Under the pieces are notes generated by a model. That model searched no databases. It had not been told where the DNA came from and saw nothing but the letters and a program-made list of their open reading frames with translations. This document shows, one piece after another, positions 49,051 through 61,479 of a stretch of DNA of 64,000 nt. The stretch is from Squalus acanthias. Taxonomy: Eukaryota. A program made the position numbers and the translations under genes. Where the stretch lies: the NCBI GenBank assembly GCA_030390025.1, contig CM059432.1:116748001-116812000 (forward strand), read 5' to 3'. Position 1 is the stretch's first letter, and every line of letters starts with the position of its first letter.

Positions 49051-49981
49051 GGCCCGGATTTTGCGGTCGGCGGAGTAATTATTGTATTTTTCTAGGGAGA
49101 ATACGGCAGCTAATGTTGATAAAAGTTTTTATGCAGTTTGTACCATGAAAGGTCAACTGAAGATACAGTGAGGGGAATAAGGGAAGTGCATTTTTGATTT
49201 TTTTTTCATTTGCTAAACTGTCAATTTCCTGGAGAGGCTCTCACTCTAGTCAGTCTGGATTTATATTCCTTTCATTAATTTAAACAAAAAAGCATCAGGC
49301 GAAGATTTTTTTATTGACGGGTGTCCCCTTGTGCTGTGCAAACAGGCTGCTGCGCCTGTTTGCACCAGCCATAAAATTTCTGTACGTAATTGCTGGGCAG
49401 TTGGTGGGCAATTAGCCCAACTCTGCGCCGGCAATGAGGATTTCAATGTCGGAGCGGATTATCTGTCAAGTCAGAACTTGACAGATCGCAAGTTCGCCAT
49501 TAAATGCATGTGTAAGCGGAAATCCCGAACTTTATTTATTTATTTATTTAATTTATTCATTCACGGGATGTGGGCGTCGCTGGCAAGGCCAGCATTCATT
49601 GCCAATCCCTAATTGCCCTTGAGCAGGTGCTTGTGAGCCGCCTTCTTGAACCGCTGTTCTTATTAGCGGTTGTGTACAACTGAATGGCTTGCTAGGCCAT
49701 TTCAGAGGGCAGTTAAGAGTCAACCACATTGCTGTGGGTCTGGAGTCACATATAGGCCAGACCGGGTAAGGACGGCAGATTTCCTTCCCTGAAGAACATT
49801 AGTGAACCAGATGGGTTTTTACGACAGTCCGGTAGTTTCATGGTCACCATTACTGATACTAGCTTTTTATTCCAGATTTATTTAATTAACTGAATTTAAA
49901 TTCCCCTTGCTGTCCATTTCAAAGGTGGTATGACGTCGTACTCTGAGAGTACGCCGACATACCGACCGCAAATTCTGCCCC
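49051..49981. mobile_element. Harbinger-like MITE containing a SINE insertion
   Basis: TIRs GGCCCGGATTTTGCGGTCGG / CCGACCGCAAATTCTGCCCC. Confidence 0.7.
49545..49905 (-). mobile_element. 5'-truncated SINE with family-B LINE 3' tail
   Basis: Non-coding core (AAACCCATCTGGTTCACTAATG..AGGGAAGGAAATCTGCCGTCCTTACC) joined to the family B tail (CAGCGGTTCAAGAAGGCGGCTCAC..GGCCTTGCCAGCGACGCCCACATCCC). Confidence 0.75.
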
Positions 49982-50596
49982 GTTATTCTCATTTTACTCG
50001 CAGACACCCATGCCATTACTTACAGTGAGTTGGAGGATATGTTGGGGTCAATTTTAACCCACCCTGCCCGATGGGAATGGGGTGTGGGGACCTTTAAAAT
50101 GGAGCATTGTGACCTACCCCCCTAGCTCCTGCGGTAATTGCACTGGCCACCACTTTAATGGCTCACTTCAATAGGTGGCTGGTGCAGTCACCAGAAGCAG
50201 GAGACCTGTGAATTTATGGAAGTTGGGGTCCTAGTACGTCAATGGGAATATGATTGGATTTTAACCCGGGCCTGAACTGGATACCGCCATGGCTTTGCTG
50301 GCACTGAAAGCAGGTCAGAGCTGTCGGGAAGGATATAGAGGCCCTCCAAACACTTTTCTTTGTGGGGCTGGAAAGAGCAGGAGACCTCCTTTCAGGCCTC
50401 ACAAGGAAATTCACCGCCTCCCCTGCCCCGGACTCCCGCCCTTCCTTCCTGCAAGACCCTCCTGAAACAACCTCCCCGCAACTTACCTGCTGGCTGGGGA
50501 GACCTCCTTGGTGCTGGTTGGCAATCTATGGCCGCCTGAACTTCCTCGCCCGTCCGCTGACCAGCTGCCCCTTTCTGGATGGGTACCATGCAGAGA

Positions 50597-52015
50597 TGTA
50601 AGGGTTTCGGTTCAGGGTGCTTGTGCGGGGTTAGGCCTTCGTTGCCTAATACTATTGCTTGCTCTGGTCTCCGGCCAGCCTTGTTGCAATAAGCACCTGT
50701 GAGTGGTTCGACACTGGACTTAGGTGCGAGAGCAGTAATGCAGAGAAAACTCAGGTAGACCCGGTTGAATAGTACGAAATGGAAATCTTTATTGCATATT
50801 GTTCAGAATTACGAAATACATGTCATAAGCACAGATTAATGACAGTACAAGCTTACATACATTTATCAAACTAGGTTTAGGGAAACGAGGAGCGCACGAC
50901 ACATCGAAAAAGGGGACACACATTATAATTATCCTTAATAAAACCCCCCTCCCCTATCAATGCCTGCTCTAATCTAGATCTGTAGGATCGAGAAACATGC
51001 TCACCACTCGTAATACCTCGGAGAATTCTAAAACGGTGCTCAGCTGTTTTCGCTGCAACACCTGACCGTTCACGTGTTGACCAGGGGTCTCTGTACCCCA
51101 CTTGTTTATTTGCTCTGCTCCGGCTAGCAGGCTAAATCGTCTGCTGTTATGAAGATCTGTGTTGACCTCGGATTCCCGATCAAAACCTATATAGCTTAAC
51201 AATGTTCACTTATTTCGGGCGCGGTCGGGGTTTACTGACCGCGGCAGCACGTGGATTCTTCTTCTTCTCTTCTCATCTCATCTCATCTCCTCGGGCCTTC
51301 GGGTCCAGACACCGTTTACCGACCTTCGGGATGGTGCACCCGATTTCGCAGCGCGCCACGAGGTCGACCCCAAAAGGGATCAGCAGAACAAGAGAGAATA
51401 ACGGTCGTCCGGGATAAGAGCCGAGAGTCGATTCCAAGCGAATGACAGAATAAGAGAGAGATGGACGTTTGGACACTACAGTTATAGTACTGTAATTCCT
51501 TATCTCCCGCCCAATCTTAATGTTCATCTTTTGTCATGTTTTGGCGCTCAAACTTCTTGTATGGGGTGGTTCTTGTCGTTAATGGGTTTCGGTGATACTT
51601 GTAACTGTCTAAGTACCCGTTAATATTTCTCCCATTGTGGAACTGGCTAGGAGTCTCCCTGGAGGGGTTTTGGGGGCCTCCGAATTCTTGCTGTGAGTAC
51701 CCGCGAACGGCTCTCTCATTGTAGAGCCGCGGGGAATTTGCGTATCAATGTCTTTGGATGGGCCTCTGATTGCCCAGTACAATAGTCCTTGCTTGTGCAT
51801 GGAAAAACGATTCCAGCACTTACATCTCTTGCTATTGTGTCGAATGCAGATCGGACGCGTCCTGTCTTTACCAATGTTTGCTGAGTATTATCCAATCTTA
51901 CTGAAATGTTTATTCGAACGCCATCTTGTCTGCCTACTGAAAATTCTGGAAACTTCTGCCACGAGGTGCGGCGGCCATTTTACAGGCTTCTTGTGTCCGT
52001 TTTGAAACATGACAG
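50597..52015 (-). mobile_element. Probable solo LTR-like insertion (~1.4 kb) inside a Harbinger-like MITE (~50043-52091)
   Basis: CpG-rich block. On the minus strand it has AATAAAGAT ~195 bp before a ...CCCTTACA end, like the 32014 LTR. The far boundary (TGTCA) and TSD are not confirmed. Confidence 0.45.
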
Positions 52016-52292
52016 CATTTTGCTGAAATAAAAAACATAGGTCAGCGAGTGTGTTTTGCACCAAAACCTGCCGGGTGTTAAAATCGAACCACTGTTTTAT
52101 AACAATAGGGGTGATACACCATATAATGCATAACTTAGCCTGCATTATCAGGGCCACTGATATACAGTAGTTGAATAACTCAAATTCTGTTTTCATACAT
52201 GGTATTTTGAGATTGTTTTATTAGTGTTTTAGGAATGATTTCCATGAGTGTTCTGTGAAAACTGTAAATCAGTAGTCTTAATTGCTCTTATT

Positions 52293-52735
52293 GCCAGCTG
52301 TGGCTCAGTGGTAGAACAGTCATCTCCGAATCAGAAGGTTGTGAGTTCAAGTCCCACTCCAGAGACTTGAGAACATAATCTAAGCTGACACTCCAGTGCA
52401 GGGAGTGCTGCACTGTCGGAGGTGCCGTCTTTCAGATGAGTCGTTAAACCAAGGTCCCGTCTGCCCTCTCAGGTGGACAGAAAAGATCCCAGGGCACTAT
52501 TTCGAAGAAGAGCAGGGGAGTTATCCACAGTGTCCTGGCCAATATTTATCCCTCAACCAACATAACAAAAACAGATTATCTCATTGCTGTTTGTGGGAGC
52601 TTGCTGTGCGCAAATTGGCTGCCGTATTTCCTACATTACAACAGTGACTACACTTCAAAAGTACTTCATTGGCTGTAAAGCGCTTTGGGATCTCCTGAGG
52701 TCGTGAAAGGCGCTATATAAATGCAAGTTCTTTCT
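52293..52735 (+). mobile_element. Full-length DeuSINE-like SINE
   Basis: A/B boxes, Deu-like core and L2-like tail; same family as 14442. Confidence 0.85.
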
Positions 52736-54377
52736 CTCATAAATTAATAGCCTTTAATTTACACATATTCTTTGCTTTCTGTAAAGCTGAGAATACACAA
52801 GATAGTATGCAAGATGTACCAGATTGGAGGTAGGGACCTGCTGCACCGCTGGAAGTGTGGCAGGGCAGGAATGCCAGGCATCAACTGGCTCCATCACAAG
52901 GAGCCATTTTAAGAATCAGGATGGGCGGCCGAAACTACAGAGGTGTCCGCGTGGAAAAAGTGCCAGGAAATCAAAGCGGCACCCTGGGTCTCCGATTTAG
53001 TCAACTCTTGACACTTTTGCTCAGTGGGGGTATGGGGATGTGCGATTCCTGTTCCATCCAAGAATTAGTGGTTTGTGGGGTGATGGTGACTATGGCTTTG
53101 TTCTTGGGTGGGGCGGGGTTGGGGTGGTGGTGTTGGGAAAAGATATAGGCCGAGAAATTGGAGAATGCTAGAAACCTGCCGGTAACATCGGCAGCCAAGG
53201 ATAACAGCCACTGGCCGAGAGCAGTACCGGCATTTTGGTACTGCCTGCTTATTATCAGGGTCGCATTGAGTTTCTAGTGTAATGCGATCTTTGCAGCGCT
53301 AATCTCAGAAGGAGGCTAAAGGTCGCCTCTGTCTCCCACTTGAAATTCAGGGGAACGGGGAAGAAAGGAGTGACCCGAACAGCTGCCATACTTGCTCCAA
53401 AAATATTAGCTGCCGCCCAATGTTTGTTGATTTTTTAATAGTTTATGATATGAATGCATCTGCGTTCTCTGTAACACTAATCTTTCCCCAATGGTTGCTC
53501 TTGAAAGTGTTTAAATGTGTAGTCGTTGTGGCAGCTTGCAGTGGGTCTTGCATACTTAACACAAAATAATTATTTGATAAATAATTGGTTATGGAATTTT
53601 GAATAAATTATTTATAATCCCTTAAAATCTTAAGCAGTTGAGTCCAGATTTGCTAGGGCTGACGTTCTGGTGAGGCTATCATAAAGATAAAAGAGATCTT
53701 CAGCGATGATCTTCAATCGTTGCAACGGAGATCACCCATTGATTTACTGACCCACAAGAACCACAAACACTGCAGGCCACCCACGGGGAAAGCTGCCAGA
53801 AAAGGCAACCCCCGCCACCCCCTCTGCCACTGATGGGCAAAAAATGAAAGTTTAAAAGAACCATGGCAAAGGAGGCGCTTGATGTTCGAGCATCCACCTG
53901 AGATGTTTTCCACTTGTAAGTCCTGCCAGACTCCTCATGGCCGTTAACGCTGCTGAAAGACCTTTTAGCGGCAGCAAATACGGGCGTGACTTAGCGCAGG
54001 CGGCAATGCGAGCAGAGAGCACAATTTCTACTCCAATGCTGGCTTGTTCTACCACACTACCACATTACCATACAGATGCCATTCTGCTGGGGTTAATAAT
54101 GCTGATTTGCAATATTCTCTGCTCGATTTAGTGGCTACTGGAAAGCTACAAATGCATTTATGATGTTTGGGGCTGCCCTGTAATGTTAGGCCGTTCCCTA
54201 TTGTTTTCAGTTTGTCATGTAACGTTACATTCACAGCACCAGCTACTGCCACAATACCGTTGGAACCGGAGACCTGCTCACCATTTTTAACATATGATGG
54301 ATACATGGGCAGATCCCATGTGTGTTCCTCATGTGTAAAAATGTTGCCTTGTAGTTCCTTCTATGGTTAGTGTTACC

Positions 54378-54940
54378 CTTGGACAGTGGTAGCACTCTTG
54401 CCTGTGAGTTTGAAGATTGTGGATTCAAACCCCAATCGAGTGACTTGAGCACATAACCCAGGCCGACACGTCAGTGCAGTACTGAGGGAGTGCTGCTCTA
54501 TTGGAGGTGCCGCTTTTTGGCTGAGTCAGAAGGTTGCGGGTTCTAAGTCTCACTCTAGAGATTTGACCACATAATCGAGGCTGCTACTTCACTGCACTGA
54601 CGGAGTGCTGCACTGTCGGAGGTGCTGTCTTTCAGATGAGATGTTAAACCGAGGCCCTATCTGCCTTCTCAGGTGGATATGAAAGAGCCTATGGCATTAT
54701 TCGAAGAAGAGCAGAGAATTCTCCTGGTGTCCTGACCAATATTTATCCTTCAACCAACATCACGAAAATAGATTATCTGGTCATGTATCTCATTGCTGTT
54801 TGTGGGAGCTTGCTGTGTGCAAATTGGCTGCCGCGTTTCCTACATCACAACAGTGACTACACTTCAAATAGTACTTCATTGTCTGTGAAGCACTTTAGGA
54901 CATCCTGAGGTCATGAAAGGTGCTATATAAATACAGGTTT
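54378..54940 (+). mobile_element. DeuSINE-like SINE with duplicated 5' head
   Basis: The head-to-GGAGGTGC segment occurs twice (54378-54519 and 54520-54630) before a single core and tail. Confidence 0.75.
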
Positions 54941-56000
54941 TTTTCCTTTGCCACTTCTTTTACCTCCTTTAGTTGATGGGCATTTCACTTTTCCCCAAGT
55001 TATTAAAGATTTAAAATGATACCCATTCCATGCATTTCAATCCATCTTTCCTCACCATCAGACCATTACAAGTGCACTTTGTGTGAGGCTTCTTAAACAG
55101 AAGTTCTTTAATAAAACTGTCAGCAGGTGGGACGGTGGGCCATATATTCCTCTGTTAAATAATTTTATCAAAAAAGAAAATTTAAATCTAAAAAAAATTC
55201 TATTAATAGCACAATCCATTTCCATTGCAGATACCGTAGCCTGGATATTCCTGGGGCCCGCTCCACGGGCTAAAATGCAGCAAAGAGGAACCACCCCCCA
55301 CCACGTGTCCTGATCCAGGCTGGAGACCCCATCCTAAATTCTAGGGACAGGGTCATTTGCATAGCTAGGGCAGACCACTGGGACCTGCAAGAGCGCATCA
55401 GTGGCAGCTACCTCTGCCGCAGATCAGCCACCCTTTCAAGGAGGCTTGAGGCCTTTGGAAGGCCTGACGCACCAGGTCTCATGCCAAAAGTTTAATGTAT
55501 TCTCACCAGTTAAACTCTGATGATCAGCTGGAGACTAGGGGCAAGGGCTTTTAACTCCTTCACAATTTCAGATTTCTCGAAAAGCCTGGTTAAGCCCAAA
55601 ACACCATTTTTAAATTAGTGTGCGCCTTGGAGCATCAACGTACAAGTCATGTCACTAAATGATAGGAAATGGGATAGTGGCCACAATTCCCCAATGAGAT
55701 TCTGATCGTCAACATGTTTGGAGGGGGATGCGGAGCAGAGATCAGCTGCTTCACCACAGGGAGGAACGGAAGGAGGGATAAATAGAAGGAGGAAGGGAAA
55801 GTATAGCAGGAAGAAGGAAGGAGGGAGGAAGAGGGGAAGGAAATCAGCTCCTATCCTAGTAGCCTGCTTAAAAGTAGCATTGGTAAAGGCTTAAAAGCAG
55901 GCTGCTTGTGTGTCTGCTCAGTGTATGGTGCATATCTTGGGCAGGCCTATCAAAGAGAAAAGAGCAGATAATAATTTACAATAACAGATCACAAATGTGT

Positions 56001-56006
56001 TTTATT
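56001..56006 (-). promoter_or_regulatory. TIMM21: Candidate TIMM21 polyadenylation signal AATAAA (alternative at 56302-56307)
   Basis: AATAAA on the minus strand ~370 nt downstream of the stop codon. Confidence 0.45.
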
Positions 56007-56376
56007 TATAACTGTTCTTACAATTTTTTTGTACGACATAATTGAATTCCATTTGTTCAAAAAAAAGGACAAGCAATTAGTCCTTAAACTTGACATTATC
56101 TGTAAAACTCTTCAACACAACAGGCTAAACTCCATGATTTAAGGCAGAGGGAGCACATTAATCAATAGACTGTATAAAAAGCCAGTATAATTTACAGAAG
56201 TTGTATTTCAGACCCTGAGTCTGCCCCCCCTGCATGATTAAATTGGGATGACAGCACCTGAAAAGCCTGATTAATTATCCAAATATTTCTCATTCACATG
56301 ATTTATTCAATCTACAAAGGTATGAAGAAATCACTGGTTTCGTATTGGCGCATGGAAAAGAATGCATTCAGCTCCT

Positions 56377-56469
56377 TTACCGGTTGTCTTCAACAATAAT
56401 GGTTCTTTTAGGATACGTGTCAAAGTCCACAAATAAATAACGAAAGTCATACCTTCCACTTTCAGGGTT
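56377..56469 (-). CDS. TIMM21: TIMM21 last coding exon
   Basis: Acceptor TTTATTGCAG, then NPESGRYDFRYLFVDFDTYPKRTIIVEDNR*, matching the vertebrate Tim21 C-terminus. Confidence 0.95.
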   Translation of the reverse strand, partial: NPESGRYDFRYLFVDFDTYPKRTIIVEDNR

Positions 56470-57449
56470 CTGCAATAAAGAAAACAAGACAGCTTTGTGT
56501 TATAATCAACATGCATTTTGTCTTCTCTCATCTATAGATGCAGAAACAAATGGCTCTGTAGTCTGTGTTTGATGCCTCTTTGAAATCGTTTTGATTTTTC
56601 TTCTGTCAATGTGGAAACTAACTGAAAATTCACTTTAAAAGCGAAACATTCCATTGAATCGGAAGCTGAACGCGCTGTTAAAATAGGTTTGCTGGCTTGT
56701 TCTGGTAAGCTGCAGGTAGACAACATCACTTTGAGACGTTTGAGAGATATATGAGCATTCAAACTTCTCATGGTGTTTGAAAGAGCCCCACTGTATTCTA
56801 GAGCAGAGGCTTTTAAGCAGATGCATGCTTTTAAATGAATGATGGAAATCCTGTGGGCATTTTATTCCAAATCCACTTTTTAATTTTTACCTGTGCCCAT
56901 CACAAATTAAATTTAATTATCCACTTCTTCGCACTTCCAGTTTGCAGCTGGAATCTACAATTTAACAGATGCAAATGGGCAATACATTTTCACAAATGAT
57001 TTTTTTTTTTAAATGCAACTTATTTGTAATTTTTTAAAAATGTTGCAAATCCCCATTCTTCAGTTTGCATTGATTCACGCTTCTGCCACCAACCTTCTCC
57101 CAGAGCTCGGCTAATGACTGGCCGCTGAGTTACCACTCAAACCTGGACTGCCCCACCCAATGTTCTCTCCTTCCTCACATCCTAAGGAGACACCACAGCC
57201 TCCAGTTGCCATTCTCCTCCTTCTACCTTGACTTTGGGCACCTCAGATCGGAAACTGTGCCGAGTAGGGGACTCGCACAGCATCTGATTGTTCTGTGACT
57301 TTCACCATCGCTGCTCCAACACCCAGCATCACCCCAGTATTTTTTGAATTGTATCTTGGAGTCGGGTGGTGGGAGCGGGGGGGAAACTTGACACTTAAAA
57401 TGAAATTAACAAGTTCTATAAAACAAAAACCAAGAAAAAAATAAATGAC

Positions 57450-57552
57450 CTCTTTTGCATCCAAGTGCACTGTTCCTTTTATGGGCTCGGAGCCCTCAAT
57501 GTAAAATTTGAGTTGAATATGCTTCACACCATCCTTCACGTATTCAATGTGG
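57450..57552 (-). CDS. TIMM21: TIMM21 penultimate coding exon (103 nt)
   Basis: AG/GT-bounded; HIEYVKDGVKHIQLKFYIEGSEPIKGTVHLDAKE; phases compatible with both neighbouring exons. Confidence 0.95.
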
Positions 57553-57611
57553 CTGAAAGACAGAAAATCAATATTACATCTCAAGATTTAAGAAAGGAAG
57601 GAAGGAAGCAA

Positions 57612-58086
57612 GGAAAGAACAAATGTGCATTTAGATGGCATATTTTGTATCATTAGGATGTCTCAAAATGCATTACAGCGAATAAATTACTTTTGAAGTG
57701 TAGTCACCGTTGTTTTTTCGACAATCAAAGCAGCTGATTTGCGCAGAGCAAGATCCCATAAACAGCAATGAGATGAATGACCAGAGAGTCTTTTTTTTTT
57801 GTGGTGTTGGTTGAGGGATAAATGTTGGCCAGAATACCAGGAGATCTCCCCTACTCTTCTTCAAAGTAGTGGAATGGGAATTTTTTTTTTTTACATCCAC
57901 CCAAGAAGGTAGACAAGGGCCTCGGTTTAACGTCTCATCCGGAAGACAGCACCTCCAACAAGGCAGAATTCCCTCAATATTACTCTGACGTGTCAGCCTA
58001 GATTATATTCTCAAGTCCTGGAGTAGAGCTTGAACCCACAACCTTCTGACTCAGAGATGAGAGTGCTACCACAGAGCAAAGGCCGA
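57612..58086 (-). mobile_element. DeuSINE-like SINE in TIMM21 intron
   Basis: Reverse complement of the 14442/52293 family. Confidence 0.8.
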
Positions 58087-58407
58087 AAAGATGAACAAAT
58101 ATTTTTATAAGGAAGCTTACTCCAACATTTCAGTGAAATAAATAACCTAGCCCACTCTTGTCCTAGGATAAGCTCTAAAAAAAATGATCAATTGTCCCAG
58201 GAACCAATTTGAAATGAAGTCAAACATGAATGATTAGCTTCTCAAATTACAATTAAGCCAACCCCTACAACAGTCACCATAAACTATGTCCTCTGTGCTC
58301 ATACAATAATAATGCGGAGGTAACCTACTTCTCCAGATGACAGTAATTTTTTTTTACACTAAGAAATCTAGATAAAGAGCCAAGGCCTGGCTGCCAAGAC
58401 TATTAAA

Positions 58408-58619
58408 TGTGAGAAGTCGCACAACACCAAGTTATAGTCCAACAGCTTTATTTGAAATCACAAGCTTTCGGAGCGCTGCTCCTTTGTCAGGTGACTTCAC
58501 CTGACGAAGGAGCAGCGCTCCGAAAGCTTGTGATTTCAAATAAAGCTGTTGGACTATAACCTGGTGTTGTGCGACTTCTCACATTTGTCCACCCCAGTCC
58601 AACACCGGCATCTCCACAT
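58408..58619. mobile_element. Palindromic Penelope-type element with hammerhead ribozyme motif
   Basis: Inverted arms 58405-58494 / 58497-58586 (2 mismatches); 13-bp direct flanks CAAGACTATTAAA; core TCAC-CTGACGA-A-GGAGC AGC GCTCC-GAAA-GC-TT-GTGA at 58497-58533. Confidence 0.8.
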
Positions 58620-59916
58620 CAAGACTATTAAAGAAAGAAAGCAGATGAGGTAAACTAGGAAGTAGCGATTACGTGGCGTCAAATTTGGGGCTTAAAAGCT
58701 GGTAGGTTGTAGGAGGAACGGAAGAATGAGAAAAATAAGATGCCTGAACCATCATCGGTTCAGGCTTCCTCGACTGCTGCCGCCAGTTGTGGGAAGCGGA
58801 TATCGGCTGGCTCCTGCGCCAAGCTGGCCCGCAAGTCAGATCTGGGGGGGGGGGTGGGGGGGGGGGGTGGAGGCAGCGTGCAGGAATTCTTGTGCTGGGC
58901 CCCGGAGGACCACTCCTGCTCCCCTAGGGCCCACAAAAATAAAAATTTTAAATTTGCTGAGCCAGTTTTTGAGCAGCCTCTAGCACGCTCTTTAAGGACC
59001 GCTGGTTAGACCGCTTAATGTCTGGCACAAATGGGCGGAGCATGCGCGGACCAAACCCTGCCCATTTGTACAACCGGCGTAGGACCCAGATTTGCATGTT
59101 TAAACAGTCGCAGGAAGCGGCAGACTGGTGCTCGGCCATTTACAGATATCACGTGGGCTTTGGCGTTAATGGGGAGGATGAGGTGTCTCATCCAAATTTC
59201 CAACTGCCAGCCAGCAGTTGAAAATTGCTTCCTTTTGCTTTTTAATACAAGGGACAGCTTTCAGTGTACACTTGATCCACAGCACATGAAGGCAAACAGG
59301 TTTTGTCTCTCGTTAACTGAAAACTAGGGCTGGATTTTCATTGACCCATGGAGGTGGGTTTGGAGGCGTGTGGGGGGTTAAAATTGCGAAAAGTGGCGGG
59401 CGGGCACAAGCCCACCTGCACGCAATTTTCATTAAATCGTGTTTGCTGGCTGGCTGGCTGGCTATGGGGATGCATATATGGATGGAGAGGAGACATATCT
59501 GGGAGTGGTGGTGTAAAAATATCTGGGAGCAGACTTAGGACTGCTGCTGCTCATTTTGCAGGTCCTCTCACAGCAAAGGCCAGGCAGTCTTTGAAAACCT
59601 TCAATGCAGCAGCAATGATGACATCATCAAAGGCGACTTTCAGACTGAAAACACTAATTGGTTCATGGGTTCCCACATGCTGGAACTCAATTGCCCAGCT
59701 AGGTGAAAATTGCATCAATCTCCCACATCCAATTGCAGTCGGGTGGATAACACGAAAAGTGGATGACATGACCCCAACCCGCCCCAGTATCAAAATCCAG
59801 CCCCTCGACTTTTCTTTGCAAAATGCTCTTTGTTTTGAGGTTAAGACTCCTGAATCTTGCTTAAGTGTCCTCACACCAAACAACATTGCTGAACGAAGAG
59901 GGCTTGTGACCTGTTC

Positions 59917-60235
59917 AACAACAACTTGTATTTATATAGCACCTATAACGTAGCAAAACACCCCAAGGTGCTTCACAGGAGCATTATCAGATAAAATGTC
60001 ACTGAGCCACATGAGATATTAGGACAGGTGACCAAAAGCTTGGTCAAAGAGGAAGGTTTTAAGGACTGTCTTAAAGAAGCAGAGAGAGGTAGAGAGACAG
60101 AGATGTTTAGGGAGGGAATTCCAAAGCTTAGGGCCTAGACAGCTGAAGGCACGGCCACCAATGTTGGGGCGAAGGAAATCGGGGACGCACAAGGTCAGAA
60201 TTGGAGGAACACAGAGTTCTCGGAGGGTTGTAGGT
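59917..60235 (-). mobile_element. L2 LINE 3' fragment
   Basis: GGRAFSCLGPKLWNSLP...FKTVLKTFLF and (TTG)n tail. Confidence 0.82.
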
Positions 60236-60659
60236 TGTATTCGTAGTTTTACCAACGATACTAAAGCTGTAGGCAGATGGAGGTAATTTTAACCTTTAGT
60301 GATATCAGATCGGCTGTTTGTTATATATCTCTCCTGATTTTCCTGTCTATTGAAATCAATGGAAAGGAAAATCTGGAGAGATGTAGAATGGTCGCCGATC
60401 CCATATTGCCCATTCTACACTTTCAGTAAGAGTTAAAATTACCCCCAAGATGTCCAAAAGCCATCCAACGTGACTCCCCCTCCAATATTTCCTCGCTCCT
60501 TCTGCAGAAACCCCTGGGTTCTCCACTCTGTCGAGGCATGATTTGAGATAAAGAGCTCAGCACAGAGAATTACAGTAAATCTGTATCTTATAGGTGCTTG
60601 GGGAGCAGTAGATTGGAAATCAAATGTATCAGCTGGGATCTCCTTATTGCAGAGTTTGC

Positions 60660-61289
60660 TGAGGTAACGTTGCCCATCTCCACCCTGCCTCAGCTCACCT
60701 GCTGCTGAAATCCTCATCCATGCCTTTGCTACCTCTAGACTTGACTATTCCAATGCACTCCTGGCCAGCCACCCATCTTCCACCCTATGTAAACTTAAGC
60801 TCATCCAAAACTCGGCTGCCCGTGTCCTAACTCGCACCAAGTCCCGTTCGCCCATCAGCCCTGTGCTCGCTGACCTACTTTGGCTCCCGGTTAAGCAACG
60901 CCTCGATTTCAAAACTCTCATCCTTGTTTTCAAATCCCTCTATGGCCTCGCCCCTCGCCATCTCCAATCTCCCCATGCCCCACAACCCTCCGAGATATCT
61001 GCACCCCTCCAATTCTGGCCGCTTGTGCATCCCCTATTTTAATTGCTCCACTATTGGGGGCCATGCCTTCAGTTGCCAAGGTCCTAAGCTCTGGAATTCC
61101 CTCCCTAAACCTCTCCACCTCTCTTTCCTCCTTTAAGATGCTCCTTAAAACCTACCTCTTTGACCAAGCCTGCCCTAATTTTTCCTTATGTGGCTCGGTG
61201 TCAAAGTTTGTTCGGTAATGGTCCTGTGAAGCGCCTTGGGACGTTTTACTACATTAAAGGCGCTATATAAATACAAGTTGTTGTTGTTG
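60660..61289 (+). mobile_element. L2 LINE 3' fragment
   Basis: IHAFATSRLDYSNALL...IQNSAARVL..WLPVKQRLDFK..KLWNSLP, with tail AAAGGCGCTATATAAATACAAGTTGTTGTTG. Confidence 0.88.
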
Positions 61290-61405
61290 AGGTGGAAGGA
61301 AAAACAATCCTTCAACTACTAGAAAAAGTACTTTTTAAAAACATTTGTTAAACGCTACCCAAGAGGCACATAACAACCTTACTATATATCTATTCTTTAA
61401 TTCAC

Positions 61406-61479
61406 CTGACATGTCGTCTTCTACCCCGTCGTGATGTCTCTCCATAACCTTTTATAGGTTCTCCCAACGCTCCAATTAT
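61406..61479 (-). CDS. TIMM21: TIMM21 internal coding exon (74 nt); upstream exons lie beyond the window
   Basis: AG/GT-bounded; IIGALGEPIKGYGETSRRGRRRHVS matches the Tim21 motif GE.(V/I)KGYGE..RRGRR.HV. Confidence 0.95.

Noticed and set aside
52293..52365. tRNA gene (also at 14442, 54378, 62862)
   Set aside because: A/B boxes run into SINE bodies and there is no complete cloverleaf; these are SINE heads.
55760..55845. Purine-rich GGAA/GGAG tract as a regulatory element
   Set aside because: Low-complexity sequence with no further support.
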